The position numbers were made by a program, and so were the translations under genes. DNA of 64,000 bases from Utricularia gibba (Eukaryota > Plantae > Magnoliophyta), in NCBI GenBank assembly GCA_002189035.1, contig NEEC01000024.1, positions 682,001-746,000 on the forward strand, read 5' to 3'. The notes under the pieces were generated by a model. The model did not search any database. It saw only the letters and a list, made by a program, of their open reading frames with translations, and was not told where the DNA came from. This document shows positions 10,634-23,375 of the stretch, one piece after another. Positions within the stretch are counted from its first letter, which is position 1, and each line of letters opens with the position of its first letter.

Positions 10634-12204
10634 ATGTCGTCGTCTCTCACGCTGCGGCACTCCTTGTTTCTCTTTTCCCAATCCCCAACATTACCGACGT
10701 CGATTCCCACTTCGCCTCCGGCTGCAGTTCGATTCCCAATAAAATTTTCCAATCACGGAGGAAGATTTAGAGTTATTAGAGCCGCGGAAAATGATGATAA
10801 AAGCTCACCGGCCACCGATGATTCTAGAAACCCGAATGGTTCAATGGTACTTTTATGCTTTTTTCGTCATTCGGACATGTTTTAATTTGGGTTTGGACGG
10901 GTTAAATTGGCTTACTGTTAAATGTCAACGAGCAGCCGAAGGGCAGGAGGGAGTTTCTGATCGAGTATGTGCAGAATGTGCAACCAGAAATCATGGAGTT
11001 GTTTGTGAAAAGGGCGCCGCAGCAGGTTTTTTCACCGGACCACTTTCTTTTTAATTCCCAGCTCGTGTTTGTGGAAATGCTTCAGAGGGTTTTCAAGTGC
11101 TGAGCTCTAGAATTTATCTATTACCCAGTCCTTGCGCAATTGACAGGGATGAGCTTCTGAGCTTAAGCTTCCAAGATTTTCCGTTTAGCTTTTCTGCTTT
11201 TGTTGACCTACCCTAGGTGGTTGATGCAATGCGCCAAACAATTACCAATATGATTGGAACTCTTCCCCCACAGTTTTTTGCGGTGACAGTTACCACGGTA
11301 AGCACCGTTTAATTCTTCTAGTTCTATTTGTTGTACCAGAATCAGTTTGAAGCTGGTTTTTATTGTGATAAAATATGGCTCAGGTAGCTGAAAATCTGGC
11401 TCAGCTGATGTATAGTGTGATGATGACTGGGTATATGTTTCGAAATGCTCAATACCGACTGGAGTTGCAACAAAGTTTGGAACAAGTTGCTCTCCCTGAA
11501 CCCAAGGAAAAAAAGGTTAGCCGTTTCTGCTGCGTTGTAAAATTATGTTTATTTTCTTGAGGTTTGATGTGTTGCAGGATGCGCCTGACTTCGCACCGGG
11601 AACACAAAAGAAGGTTTCAGGGGAAGTTATTCGGTGGAATAATGTGTCAGGTCCGGAGAAGATTGATGCGGTGAAGTACATAGAGTTACTGGAAGCAGAA
11701 ATTGAGGAACTTAACCGGCAAGTTGCAAGGAATACTGAAAATGCTCGAAATGAACTTTTAGAATACCTTAAAACACTTGAGCCTCAAAACATCAAGGTGA
11801 GAACAGAATTAGTTTAGCGCACCCCCGACGCCCATCTTAGCAAATGTGTTTGAAGGATTTGTGATGGCTTCTCAGGAGCTGACCAGCAGTGCTGGGGAAG
11901 ACGTGGTAGTGGCCATGAATACGTTCATAAAACGACTTTTGGTGGTCTCTGATCCAGCCCAAATGAAGGTAACACATAAATATGCAGTCAGTTCCTGAAG
12001 CTGGTCGAAGGTGTGCAGTAACATGCTGTTGGTTTTCCACAGACCAGTGTCACAGAGACAAGTGCTCCTGAGCTTGCGAAGCTGCTCTACTGGCTGATGG
12101 TGGTGGGTTACAGCATCCGGAATATCGAAGTCCGTTTTGACATGGAGCGGGTTCTGGGCGCTCCCCAGAGACCCGCAGAGCTTCCTCCTGGGGAAAACAT
12201 TTAG
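10634..12204 (+). CDS. Chloroplast DUF760 family protein (At1g32160-like), 7 exons
   Basis: Exons 10634-10846, 10936-11025, 11217-11297, 11384-11515, 11578-11796, 11876-11968 and 12043-12204, all GT-AG and in frame. Ser-rich transit peptide; MRQTITNMIGTLPPQFFAV; LMYSVMMTGYMFRNAQYRLEL. Confidence 0.92.
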
Positions 12205-12755
12205 ATGCGTTGGGCAACTCATGAACTTCATTCTTTGCTTGTCCCGCCATAAATGGATCCCTCGTCTTCACGGTTTCCTTACAGTTTGGAAAAAATAAAA
12301 CCATAAGCTTCTTACACGTCAAAATCACGGGGGCCGGCGGTCAACGTCGAGGCGCCGGAAGGGAAGGCAATAGCAATAAAAAGAAAAAAAAAAGAAGAAA
12401 AGTAAGAAGGTCGGTCCAGTACAATTACTTTTCCAAAACCTTCCTCCCTCTTCCCTTAACAGTGTTGTTTTGTTTTATCAGATCACGGAGGCGGGGAGAC
12501 GACGACGGAGTGCCACACCGGGGTATTCCAAATCCCTAAAACTCAGTCTTTAAATCGCAGCATTTTTCAAATTCTCTTTGTTCTCTTAATGATGGGGGTG
12601 CGACCATGGCGGTGAATTAATTACTCACTCGGACAGTTTCGCTCCTTTCGTGTTTTCAAATGAACACCCCTTGAAGTTTGGACTCTTCGCGTCATACCCA
12701 GACAAGAAAGGAACGCTGTCATTCGATTGATTGCTTCCTCCCCACTTTTTGAGGA

Positions 12756-14866
12756 ATGGCTAAGCGCGTCTACGACGTATGGAAGGGTAACAATGTGAGG
12801 TTTTTCTTCTCTCTTCCTTTTTACTGGGATTTTTCCTTTTCCGGCTTCAAATATTTTGGGCTTTTGATCCTCGAGAGCTGATGCCCAAGTCTCGAGTCGT
12901 TGCTGGGTTGTCGTTGTCGAATGCGGGTCAATTTTATTTGAACTTAGCTAGTTCGTATTCTGTGTGTTTTCTCGGTGAGTGCATAGGCTCTGTGGTTGAT
13001 TAGGTTGGTGCTGCTGTTGGCATAGACGCTTGCGTGAACTAATTTGGGAATTTTGTGACATCATGGTTGTCATGGCTTTAACTCGAATTATGAGGCAAAG
13101 AGCTGTTTTGTAGCTTTCTCGGGTTAGAATTAGCTGAATCTTGGTAAATAATTGAATAACATATCAATTTCCGTCATCTTCAGGTCTTTTTGTTTGGTGG
13201 AAGGTTGTTTTTTGGCCCTGATGCAAGGTCGTTGCTGGTGACCTTATGTCTAATCGTCGTCCCTGTTGTTATCTTCTGCATTTTCGTCGCAAGGCATCTT
13301 TTCCATGAGTGGCGTTCTAGCTACGCCGGATATGCTATCTTGGTGGTTGCTGTTATCTTCACTGTCCACGTTTGTTTCACCCCCTGTTCTCTCTTGAATT
13401 TATTCCATTTACTAAAATGATTTTCTGCTCTCCCTCTTCTGTCATATGAAAGTGTTAGAGCACTGTGTGAGTTTTCTCCCTTCAGGATGCAGTTTTCTTG
13501 CTGTAAAAATACATGGCGGTGAAGTCTCCGATAATTGTGTATATATCATGAATTTGACCTCCTAGCTCATTGATAATTTTTATGAATCGGATGTAGGGTT
13601 CTCTATTGTCGTACGCATTCAGTTTTCTGTATGTTTACCGCATCCAGTTATTTGTGCATGCTTTTCTTCAAGCAGTCCATGAGAAGTGAGTGCCCTCGAT
13701 TACTCCCTGTAGGTGTTGGTGTTGCTGTTTCTGACTTCAGCTCGAGATCCTGGTATTGTGCCACGCAATTCACACCCACCCGAGGAAGAAATGCGTTATG
13801 ACACTTCAGTGGACGTCGGTGGACGTCAGACACCAACCCTCCAGTTTCCTCGGACAAAAGATGTCATGGTGAATGGTTTGACTGTTAAGGTTAAGTATTG
13901 TGATACTTGCATGCTGTATCGTCCTCCTCGTTGTTCACACTGCTCCATTTGCAATAACTGTGTGGAGCGTTTTGATCATCATTGCCCTTGGGTCGGGCAG
14001 TGCATAGGACTGGTATGATTCGTCTCTTCACCTCTTTTCTTACTTGTGCTAGTTTTCTGTCATTATCCTTGCCTTACCCCTTCTACCGACATTTGCAGAG
14101 GAACTACCGTTTCTTCTTCTGTTTCGTTGCTTCTGCAACACTTCTATGCATCTATGTGTTTGCAATATCTGCATATTACATCAAGATTCTGATGCATGGT
14201 CATGGCTGGACTGTCTGGAGGGCCATGAGAGAATCCCCTGCCTCCGTCTTTCTAATGGCTTATTGTTTCATATCCTTGTGGTTCGTTGGCGGGCTCTCTG
14301 GCTTTCACCTCTATCTCATAGGGACCAATCAGGTCAGCTTCGTGTTTGACCTGCCCAATCTTCGTTTTTCATGTTGCCTCCATGACTTACAAGCCTAGGG
14401 ATTGTTGGGTTTTTTCATTCCTTTGCAGACAACATATGAGAATTTCCGGTACAGATCCGACAATAGGTTCAACGTTTACAACCGTGGGTGTGTGAACAAC
14501 TTCTTTGAAGTATTCTGCACCAAGGTGAAACCTTCGAGGAACAACTTCAGGGCTTGTGTTCAGGAGGAATCGCAAAGGCCCCACGTTCCCACAACCAGGG
14601 ATACTGAGCCTGAGGAAGCCTGCGAAGATCGTCGCGTGAAGGTGCAGGATGACCTGGATCTCGGAGGAGATCTCCTGAAAATCTCGCAGCGCCATACTCT
14701 GGGGGACATGGAGGCAGATATCCGTAGCAGAGGGGGCGATGTGCCCCATCATAATTCATCAGCTTCCGAATCTGTGCTAGTTTCTGATCGGCGTGTGGGT
14801 GTACATTCAGAGAGAGAGTCCAACTGGGCCCGAAGCAGAAACTGGGAGATTGCAAACATGGGATGA
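12756..14866 (+). CDS. DHHC-type protein S-acyltransferase (PAT7/PAT8-like clade), 5 exons, ~398 aa
   Basis: Exons 12756-12794, 13184-13369, 13713-14012, 14099-14332 and 14429-14866. [66 protein letters not shown]. Confidence 0.95.
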
Positions 14867-16116
14867 CGGAAGCTGCTTCTTCACTTGATTACAAATACAG
14901 ACGAATGGAGGGAGGCCTTGCAACTGGTAGATATATTGAATGGGAGTGAGAGGATGCTCCCGCCTTCTTTCATCGCAGAAATCGAGCTTTATAAACTCAA
15001 CTCCATTACTCTCTGCAGTCTTCTCCTGGTTGAATCCATCTGATATCTGTGTTATCTACCATTAGGCTGCGATTGCGGGGGGAACTGCCACCGTCTTCTT
15101 GCTTATGTATCAGCACTTGGACTTCTTACCGGTTTGCGTAGCGAGTGATTAGGCGTCTGGAGTCGTATTCTTTGTGTAACTGCTTCCCACAGTGCAGGAA
15201 CCATGTTTTGATGATGAGCATTCTAGACCTTCATCTTGCTCTTCGAAGCTACCGCTCAGTCACACAATACACGTACCCCAAGATCAGTACCGAGAAGAAT
15301 GATGCAAATAGCACGCCATGTCTATACTCATCCCCCCCGCTCACCCTGCTGCTCCACCAGATGCTGAATCCTAAAAAAGTAAGGAAATCGGTGGAGTAAT
15401 AAGGGAGAAGATACAAGATTCATGGCAAGTGGGATACCGTGAATTGATTAAGCCTCTTATTACGGCAAATTTTTGGTATTTTGGTAAGTCTAACATCAAT
15501 GCAAATCAAGATGAAATCAAAGAAGTAATTGGCAGATTTATTTTAATAATCAAAAAATTATGTATATTTTGTTCAGAAAAGTTTATTTACGTGCTTATAA
15601 ATAGTAGTCTCGTTTGCATGTATTTGGCACAATGAAAAATCAAGCAAATATTTTCTTCTCAAATTTATGCTTCTTCCAAAATTGTTGCACTCAGAATTTA
15701 TACTTTTTATTCACAAAATTTCTATTGTTCATACTTCTTCCCCATAATAGTTGTTGGTATTAGAGCATGCCCACCTCACATAAACATATGGCGACTGCAA
15801 ACATCTTTTCCCTTAATGTTTCCAATTTTGTCATAATCCACTTGTCACCCTCAAACCACCCACTTTGGTGCGAATAGTTTCTTGCTCTTGTTGAAAACCA
15901 AGAACTCACCGACCTATTGACCGGTGAGATAGCAACCCTTCCACAATTCCATGTTGTAGACATGCTAGAAGTGGAGCTACGTAACCACAAGTGGGCTGAA
16001 GCACCGAGAGCATTGCTAGTAGGAGCATTGTTGTGACTTTGATGGAAGGCGTTGCGATGAGGGTGGTTATGACTAATTAGCAAATTGTAAGGGATATTCA
16101 CAAGATTATCGGTAGT

Positions 16117-17400
16117 TGTTGGAGAGAATAATTCTATTTGTTTTAGCTCTATAAGTATCTACAATTGGCAATGATGTTGTGTGATAGCAATGGATGGCAT
16201 TATTCTACCGGTGTGAGTGTTGCTGTGGTAGATGTGCCAATAGAGTGCTGCTACTGTTGCATTTTTGTATTACTACAGCACAACGAATTCTTCTCTTGCA
16301 TAGATGATTTCTATGCCCAGAAGGTTTCCTAGATTTGCTTGGTTTTATCTAGTAAAATATGTGTCCCACACAACTACAAAACACATGATTATCATACGTT
16401 AGCAAGGCTAGCGAGAATTTGCAGCTTCTTCTTAGGTGTATTCCAGCAATTGGTATCAAAGCTATGGATAAGGTTCATTATGTTCCAAAGCTGAATGCAA
16501 CAAACTACTCCTTGTGGTGGTCCAAAATAAAATCGGTACTTGTATGTAAAGATCTTTGGGAGGCTATTGTAATTGGTGATAATTGACCTTCTAATCTCGA
16601 AGAAGTAGACTGGCAGAATACATCTGAAGGTAGTCGCCATTATGAATTTATTATTGATAACAGCCTGTTGCATAGAATTGATGAGTTCAATGATGTGCAC
16701 AACAATTGTGGAAAGTATTAGAATAAATGTTTTGACCCAATAGTGCCTTAAACAAGCTCACATTAGATAAGAATATGTTTAGGCTGAAGTATAAAGATGG
16801 TAACTCAATGTTTGAACATTTGACCAAATTCAAAGATATCATGGATCAGATGATTGTTGTCAAGATGAGTTCTGATAAAAAGATACAACGATTCAACTCA
16901 TGGATACATTACCTCATTCTTGGGAGATACTAGTGATACAACAAAATGAATGGAGGCCTAAAATATGATGTAGTAGCCAAGTCAATGCTATTGTAGTAAC
17001 TTAGAAGGTGAAACACATGAGCTGTGAGAGATGCTGATTCTAAATCCACCCCTGTTTATAATGATGGTAAATATAGAGGCCATCCAAGGGAGAGGGCTGA
17101 GTGTCAAGTGCGAGACAAATCCAAGAAGTGAGATAAGTCCCAAGGTAAATAGGAGAAGCATAAGAAGAAGCTAGAAACATGAACCTTCTTCCATTATGAG
17201 AAAAAAGGGGCACCTTCCCAAGGATTGCTATGGCTAGTAGGCATAATAAGAGCAACAAAAAGAGTGGAATAGCAAAGAGCTAGTAGAGGCTAACACCTCT
17301 GCATACTTTGGTGAAGTAGATAATGATGTGTTGGTGCTTTGACAGTGGATGCTGGAGAGGTTGCCTTGTTGATTCATGGATAGGGAAACTTATCACAGAC
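16117..17400 (+). mobile_element. Truncated second Copia (5' LTR, PBS, gag) nested in the gag of the outer Copia
   Basis: TGTTGGAG at 16117 to CA at 16448. PBS TGGTATCAAAGC 16451-16462. gag start MDKVHYVPKLNATNYSLWWSKIKSVLVCKDLWEAI; degenerate knuckle KKGHLPKDC ~17200. Right boundary is approximate. Confidence 0.75.
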
Positions 17401-19062
17401 AATGAAAAAAATTATTTTCTTCTTACAAGCTTGAGATTTAATTATATCTCTTTTGTTATCACTATGATAAAGAAACCAAGGCCATCTTATGTTGGGCTTA
17501 GCCCACAACTCAAAAGTTGCGATATGCATCAGCAATTCAACCTAGATCACTTTAAGGCTGCATTTGTCACATAAAATGCACGATCGTTAACCTCTACTAG
17601 AAATAGTGCATTTTTTACATCAAATGGTAGAGATTTCCAAGTCCAACAATTTGGTGACTCCAAGAATCATTGATTGTATCCACTTCCACTAGGAAAACAT
17701 CGTATGATGCCTGTGGAATATAAACAATATCCCAATTAAATATGTCAGATCTGTGGAGTCAAGGGACATATTGCTAAACTTTTTTGGAGGCTTCCTTCAA
17801 TTGATGTTATCACAAATGAAGTTTGACAAGCACTTGCAGCCTTGATTCTAGACATCACACTCATGGATACATAGTAGGCTGTGGACAGTAGTGTTGTGAA
17901 CCATATGACAGATATGCAAAGTATGCTTCACCATCTAGAAAGATATGATTCTCATGATTCAATTTTGATTGGCGATTGGTTAATTCTACCTATTAGAGGA
18001 ACAAGAACTCGCACATCCCACAGCACACCAAAACATTTCCTTTACATGGTACAAGGTAGGCACAAATGCGACCTCCATGTGCTTTGAATTCATTTTCAAG
18101 CTTTCTTTTCAAATTGTTTTAATTCTTGTTTAGCAAACATTTGGTATCAATGAATAGGCCACCCTCATAACTCTTCTTTTAATTTCTTTAAAAAATAAAG
18201 ACCTTATTAGCATTGTTAACAATTCTACTATTTCCTTTTGTGATAGTTGTCAATTTGGTAAGATAAAAATTGTCTTTTTTTTTTCTATAGAACATACCAC
18301 TAATAGACCTTTTGAAAAAGTTATGTGATCTTTGAGGACTAGTCCCAATTTCTTTAATCTATGGTTTTCATTATTATTCTTGTTTTGTAAATATTTTTTC
18401 TAGATTTAACTATTTTTTCCTTTTAAAAACAAAAACAGACTTTCTAGCTATATATTTTCAATTCGAAAGCTTCATCCATAGACAATTTAATCAAAAAATT
18501 AAGATTTTTGTGTTCAAATCAAAATTAAAGGCCGATGGAGCATTGACACCACTTAAAGCAAATTTAGTGACAAAGGGGTATGATCAAATTGATGGACTTG
18601 ATTATAATGAAACCTTCTCACCCGTCATACACCCAACTACATTACCTTGAAATATTAACGAAAACATATTTGTGAAACAACTAGCAGATATGAAAAATGT
18701 ATGTTTTCCCAAACATGTTTTTTGATTGAAGAAATCATTATATGGATTAAACAAGTTTCTCGTACTTGGTTTGATTTTAAATGTAATTTAGCAGGCTCTT
18801 CTCTATTTGTTTCATATACTAGCAATAGAACACTAATCTTGTTACTTTATGTAGATGATATAATCCTAGTTTGAAGTACATATGACCTCTTAGTCACTCT
18901 CATTCACTTGTTTCAACATGAATTTTTCATGAAAGGCTTCAAAGAGCTCCATCATTTTTTATGGATTCAAGTGAAAAATATGTGTAATGGATTATTTCTA
19001 AATCAAACTCATTATGCTTTATCTCTTTTGAATAGGTTTAGCATGGAAAATTGTAAATCAAC

Positions 19063-22000
19063 TGATAAACGAAAAATTCCTATTATCGTTGCAATAAAAA
19101 TAGAATTCCATATCAAATAAATTTATAAGCCCTAATCCTCACAAAATACAAATTAAACACAAAATATACAGTGAAATTCGGGGTCGATCATAAGGAGCTT
19201 GTGCTTGCTAAGTGGTTCAATATATGCAGAATTCGAAATAATAATGGTTCTTAGTCTAAGCTCAAACTAATAGTAGTAAACAAGTTCAGTAAACAAGATC
19301 AAATCTTAACGCTAAAGATAACAAATATAGGTTCTAACAAAAAGTAATATTAAGATGCCTTTAGGGTATGCAAGTGATGTGGTACTAAGATCTCTAGTTT
19401 AATTTACCATGTCTCTATACTCACAACTCCAAACAACCTAAGTCTACCTAGATCATTCATCATATTTTCGGCTAAGCTAATCCCCAATATCATCACCAAT
19501 ATTACAATTAGGTCGACCCACATGCAGAGTATATAGCACTAGGTCTACTCGGTTCTACCATGAACTATGCTACAACGATACTAGATTTGTCCTCAAGTCC
19601 AAACTAAAACTAAAAGAATCTTCTTTTTCGAAATTATTCATGATAGACATGAATGACCATGTTTAGATTTCAGATGCATGAACCATAGGTGTGCTTGTGT
19701 GCAAAACAAGTAACACTCTAGCATGCATGAATAGATTCTTTTAGGAGGGTGCTTTCAAAGATTAAAACAATGAATTAACATATTCAAAGAGCAAAAGATT
19801 GTGATTGCCAAGTCAATGTGTTTCTTTTTTTTTTCATCTCTTACATCTATCCCCTCTTTTTTTCCTATCTTAATACAAAGAGTGTTGGCCAAACACTCTC
19901 ACCTTGTAACTCCAGGTCTACCTTCACTTGTCTAAACAAATTCATCCTTGGTTATTCATTCACTTCTCAATGAGTCTACACATGCTTTTCAATTGTGTGC
20001 TGCTTTTTAGACTTGGGTCTCATCGCTTTACAAATGATGATGCTTTTCTTGACCCTTATTCTCTCTCTCTTTTTTTTTTTTGTTCATTAGCAATCACTAA
20101 TCCTTGCAGCAATGAAATATATCAACTCATGCAAATAAATCCAGATTACACTCTTTAGGTTCCTCTAATCATGCTTGTACTCACATAGGAAAATAATTGA
20201 GATTCATGCTCACAAGGTTTCAAAAGGCTTCAAACAAAGCTCATGCATCCTAATCATCACAAGACTATCATATCCCATCATTGAATTATTCAAAACAGGA
20301 TTTGGAGTATCAAGTAAATGCAATATACAAAAACAGACAAATAACTCCTAGTATAGATTAATAGATACAACCTTCCCTATAGATAAGCATGATACCAAAA
20401 TAAACCTCAAACCAAATTAAACGAAGCAGCAAGTTACTTGTGTAGGGAGGAGTCATTCACTCCCTATTTCAGTATCTTCTTTCTTGAATCAAATAGCCAC
20501 TTTATCGCATATCATTTCAAGGTTCTTCAAATAGCACAAAGGGAATAGAAGCATGATTTTCCTACTTTACCATTGGTGCACTTTCACAGATTCCTGCAAT
20601 TTTTTTGAGACAAATCTATTTCCCTTTACCTTGTTGGTTCAATAGTTTTTTAGAAATTAAACATTAAAGCTTGATCCTCATGCCAACATAAAAAAAAAGA
20701 GTCAAAATCATAAACTCCATCAACATATTTGCAAGAATTTTAGCAAACCTATTGGGATGTTGTTTTTGTTAGTCTTCTCGTGGACTCTTGATAAACGAAA
20801 AATTCACACGTTGTAAATGTAAATCTTTTTATCAAATAAATTTATAACCTAATACACATTCTAGCATAAAACAATTATGAGCATAGTGATTAGGGTCGAA
20901 CACGAAGAGCAAGTGCTTGTTATGTGAAAGTTAATGCATGAAATCAGTGTCACGTTGGTAAAATTGGTCTTAGCTAGGACTAAGGCAGAACTGAAATGAA
21001 ATACAGTAAAGAAAAGTAATAAGTTCTGGAGCTCGGTTGTTTCTGGAATGAAATGAGTGATACTTTGGGACTCTTAGGGGATGTATGCTCATCACTAAAC
21101 AAGCTCATACAAACCACGAATCATACAACTAACTCACAAGGTCTTGATCTACCTGGACTCTTGTTTTTCCTCCTAATCTTTGATCTACCTCTAATTAGGG
21201 TTGTTAAGTTGGTTTTCACTACTTCCCCTCCTAGATCTATCTTGGTTTGTTAAGGAAGTGGCGTGACTTATGGTTTATTAGGTCTAAGGATGGATTAGCA
21301 TATTTCTCCCCTTTTCACCCCAAGGCACCCCCTAAGTGCTTAAGACAAACGAAAATAGAAGAGAAAACATCATCCACAATGCATTCATGTCTCAGTCGAC
21401 TACTAGAAAATAAACAAGCAGGAAACTGAAATGTTCAACAGAAAGCTAGAAAATGTCGCTAGCTAATCTTAGCTAGGAGTAATAATCCTTGGAAATAGAA
21501 AATAGTCTTCAAACTTCATCTTCGTTCTTGTCCATCTTCATCCTTCTTCCCCCCAGAAAACCTTCTCCAGCAAGCCGTTCGGGCGTGTCCAATGGGGAGA
21601 TCTACCTTCTCTCTTTTTCCTCCTTGGATTTTGTGTGTACAACTTTTCAGAATTTTTGACTCGTCTTCTGCCACTACATTGTGCATATTCGGCTCCTTGG
21701 GATTTGTGTTGCGACCTGTACTGCATTGATCGAATAAAACTATTAGAAGGTTGGGACTAAAATAACACAATTATGGTACTTATGCGCAAAAATATAAAAC
21801 TAGGCAGTAAAACTAAATTTTTGTACCACAATATCAATCTTTTCCATGTACTCAATCACTCAAAAATATGTGTTATCAACTCTATTGTTCACCAACTGTC
21901 AATAGTAGACGACCTCTATGGTATCCACACATGAAGATCATAATGTGAGATTTTTATAGCACATAGATCACGTAGAGGATTTTTTCATTATCCCCCTTGT

Positions 22001-23375
22001 GAACTTAGTGGTGAGTTCTTCTTCCCCTAAAGGAGATGATGTAAGTGGTTTGACCCAAGAACCACTTGATGGGCCTGTCAACAACGAGGGCCCAAGAGTC
22101 GTTTTGAAATACAGCAACAACAAGGGCATGCAAGTTCTTCACCTTTGCGCTTCATTACTGCATTTTTGAAGCCTAGGTTACCTACCCTGAGTTACTTGGT
22201 GTTGTAGGGAAAGTCTCATTGCAATTGTAGGCTGTCCTTCGCAGCATAATCCACTAGCTTGTGTTTCTTTGTTAGTATTTGGTTGTAGTGTAATTTAGAC
22301 TAGTAACTCTTATGTTATTCGCACATTTCGCAGCATTGTTGTTGTTCAACGCTTGTGTAATACTGTTCAGTTTCTTATTGAAGCCCAATTGATAAACAAA
22401 AGTTTCTTACGTTGTTGCAAGAAATAAAATCTTCATATTAAATAAATTTGTAAACCCTAGTATTTACAAAATACAAATTAATTACAAAATGTATAGTGGA
22501 ATTTTGGGGTTGATCAAGGAGCAAGTGATTGCTAAGTATTTTTATCAAATGTAAGGTTACATAATAAATGTGACTCTTAGTCCAAGGTCAAACTAACAGT
22601 TATAGGCAAGTTAAATAAGTAAAATTCAATCTCAATGTAAAAAGTAACAAGTATTGGTTCTAAGCACAAAGTAATACTATGATGCTTCAAGGTGGCCTAG
22701 GTGGTGTAATAGTAAGGTCTCTAATTTAATATACAATATTTTTATATTCATAACTTCAAAGAACCTAAGTCTATCTAGGTCATTTCTCATGTTTTTGGTT
22801 AAGATAGCCCCTCATGTCATCACCAATCCAATATTGAGGTCTACCAGTGTGCGAAATATGTAGAAGTAGGTCTACTTGACTCTACTGGTTCTACACACGA
22901 CTAATATTTACTATCTCTACCTTGATTTGATGGTCAACCTCTAAATCAAGCATCTGAGTTACAAAACTATTTGTCCTCCTTAGGTCTACCAGAAGAATGA
23001 TAGAAACGAAAGCTAAGACAAATTAATCAATTCTCTTATGAACCCAAGCCCCATATCACCATTCTATACCTTAAGGCATCCCTAAGTTCACCTACTCATA
23101 TGTGATAAGCAAACCATGATTTCATAAATGTAATCTAATGAAGATATCAGGAATATTGTGAGAAAATCAATTACATAAACTAAAAGCATTCAGCAAACTA
23201 AAACAAAATAGAAATAGATCTGGTTGCTCACTGCTACTGTTCTCTACCCGGAATAGTAGCGCTGAATTGGATTCTTGAGCTCGTTCTTCATGTTCAAGGC
23301 TTTTCTTCCAAAAAAAATCTTGTCCTTCCTTTTGGTTTGTTGTACCATAAAATAGGAAAATTTGTGTTGTTATCA
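19063..23375 (-). mobile_element. Athila-like gypsy remnant inserted between RT and RNase H of the Copia; two related LTR-like ends (19063- and 22390-23375)
   Basis: TGATAAAC at 19063 and 22390 start clearly homologous but diverged ~0.6 kb segments. TTATCA terminus at 23375. Copia coding sequence stops at 19062 and resumes at 23376. No matching TSD. Confidence 0.7.
20789..21878 (-). mobile_element. Solo LTR (family 1, 1090 bp) with TSD ACTCT
   Basis: Reverse-complement homolog of 2174-3343; ACTCT at 20784-20788 and 21879-21883. Confidence 0.92.

Noticed and set aside
20784-21883. Apparent ACT-N-T target preference (TSDs ACTAT and ACTCT)
   Set aside because: The second copy is on the minus strand, so its TSD reads AGAGT in element orientation; two sites cannot show a preference.
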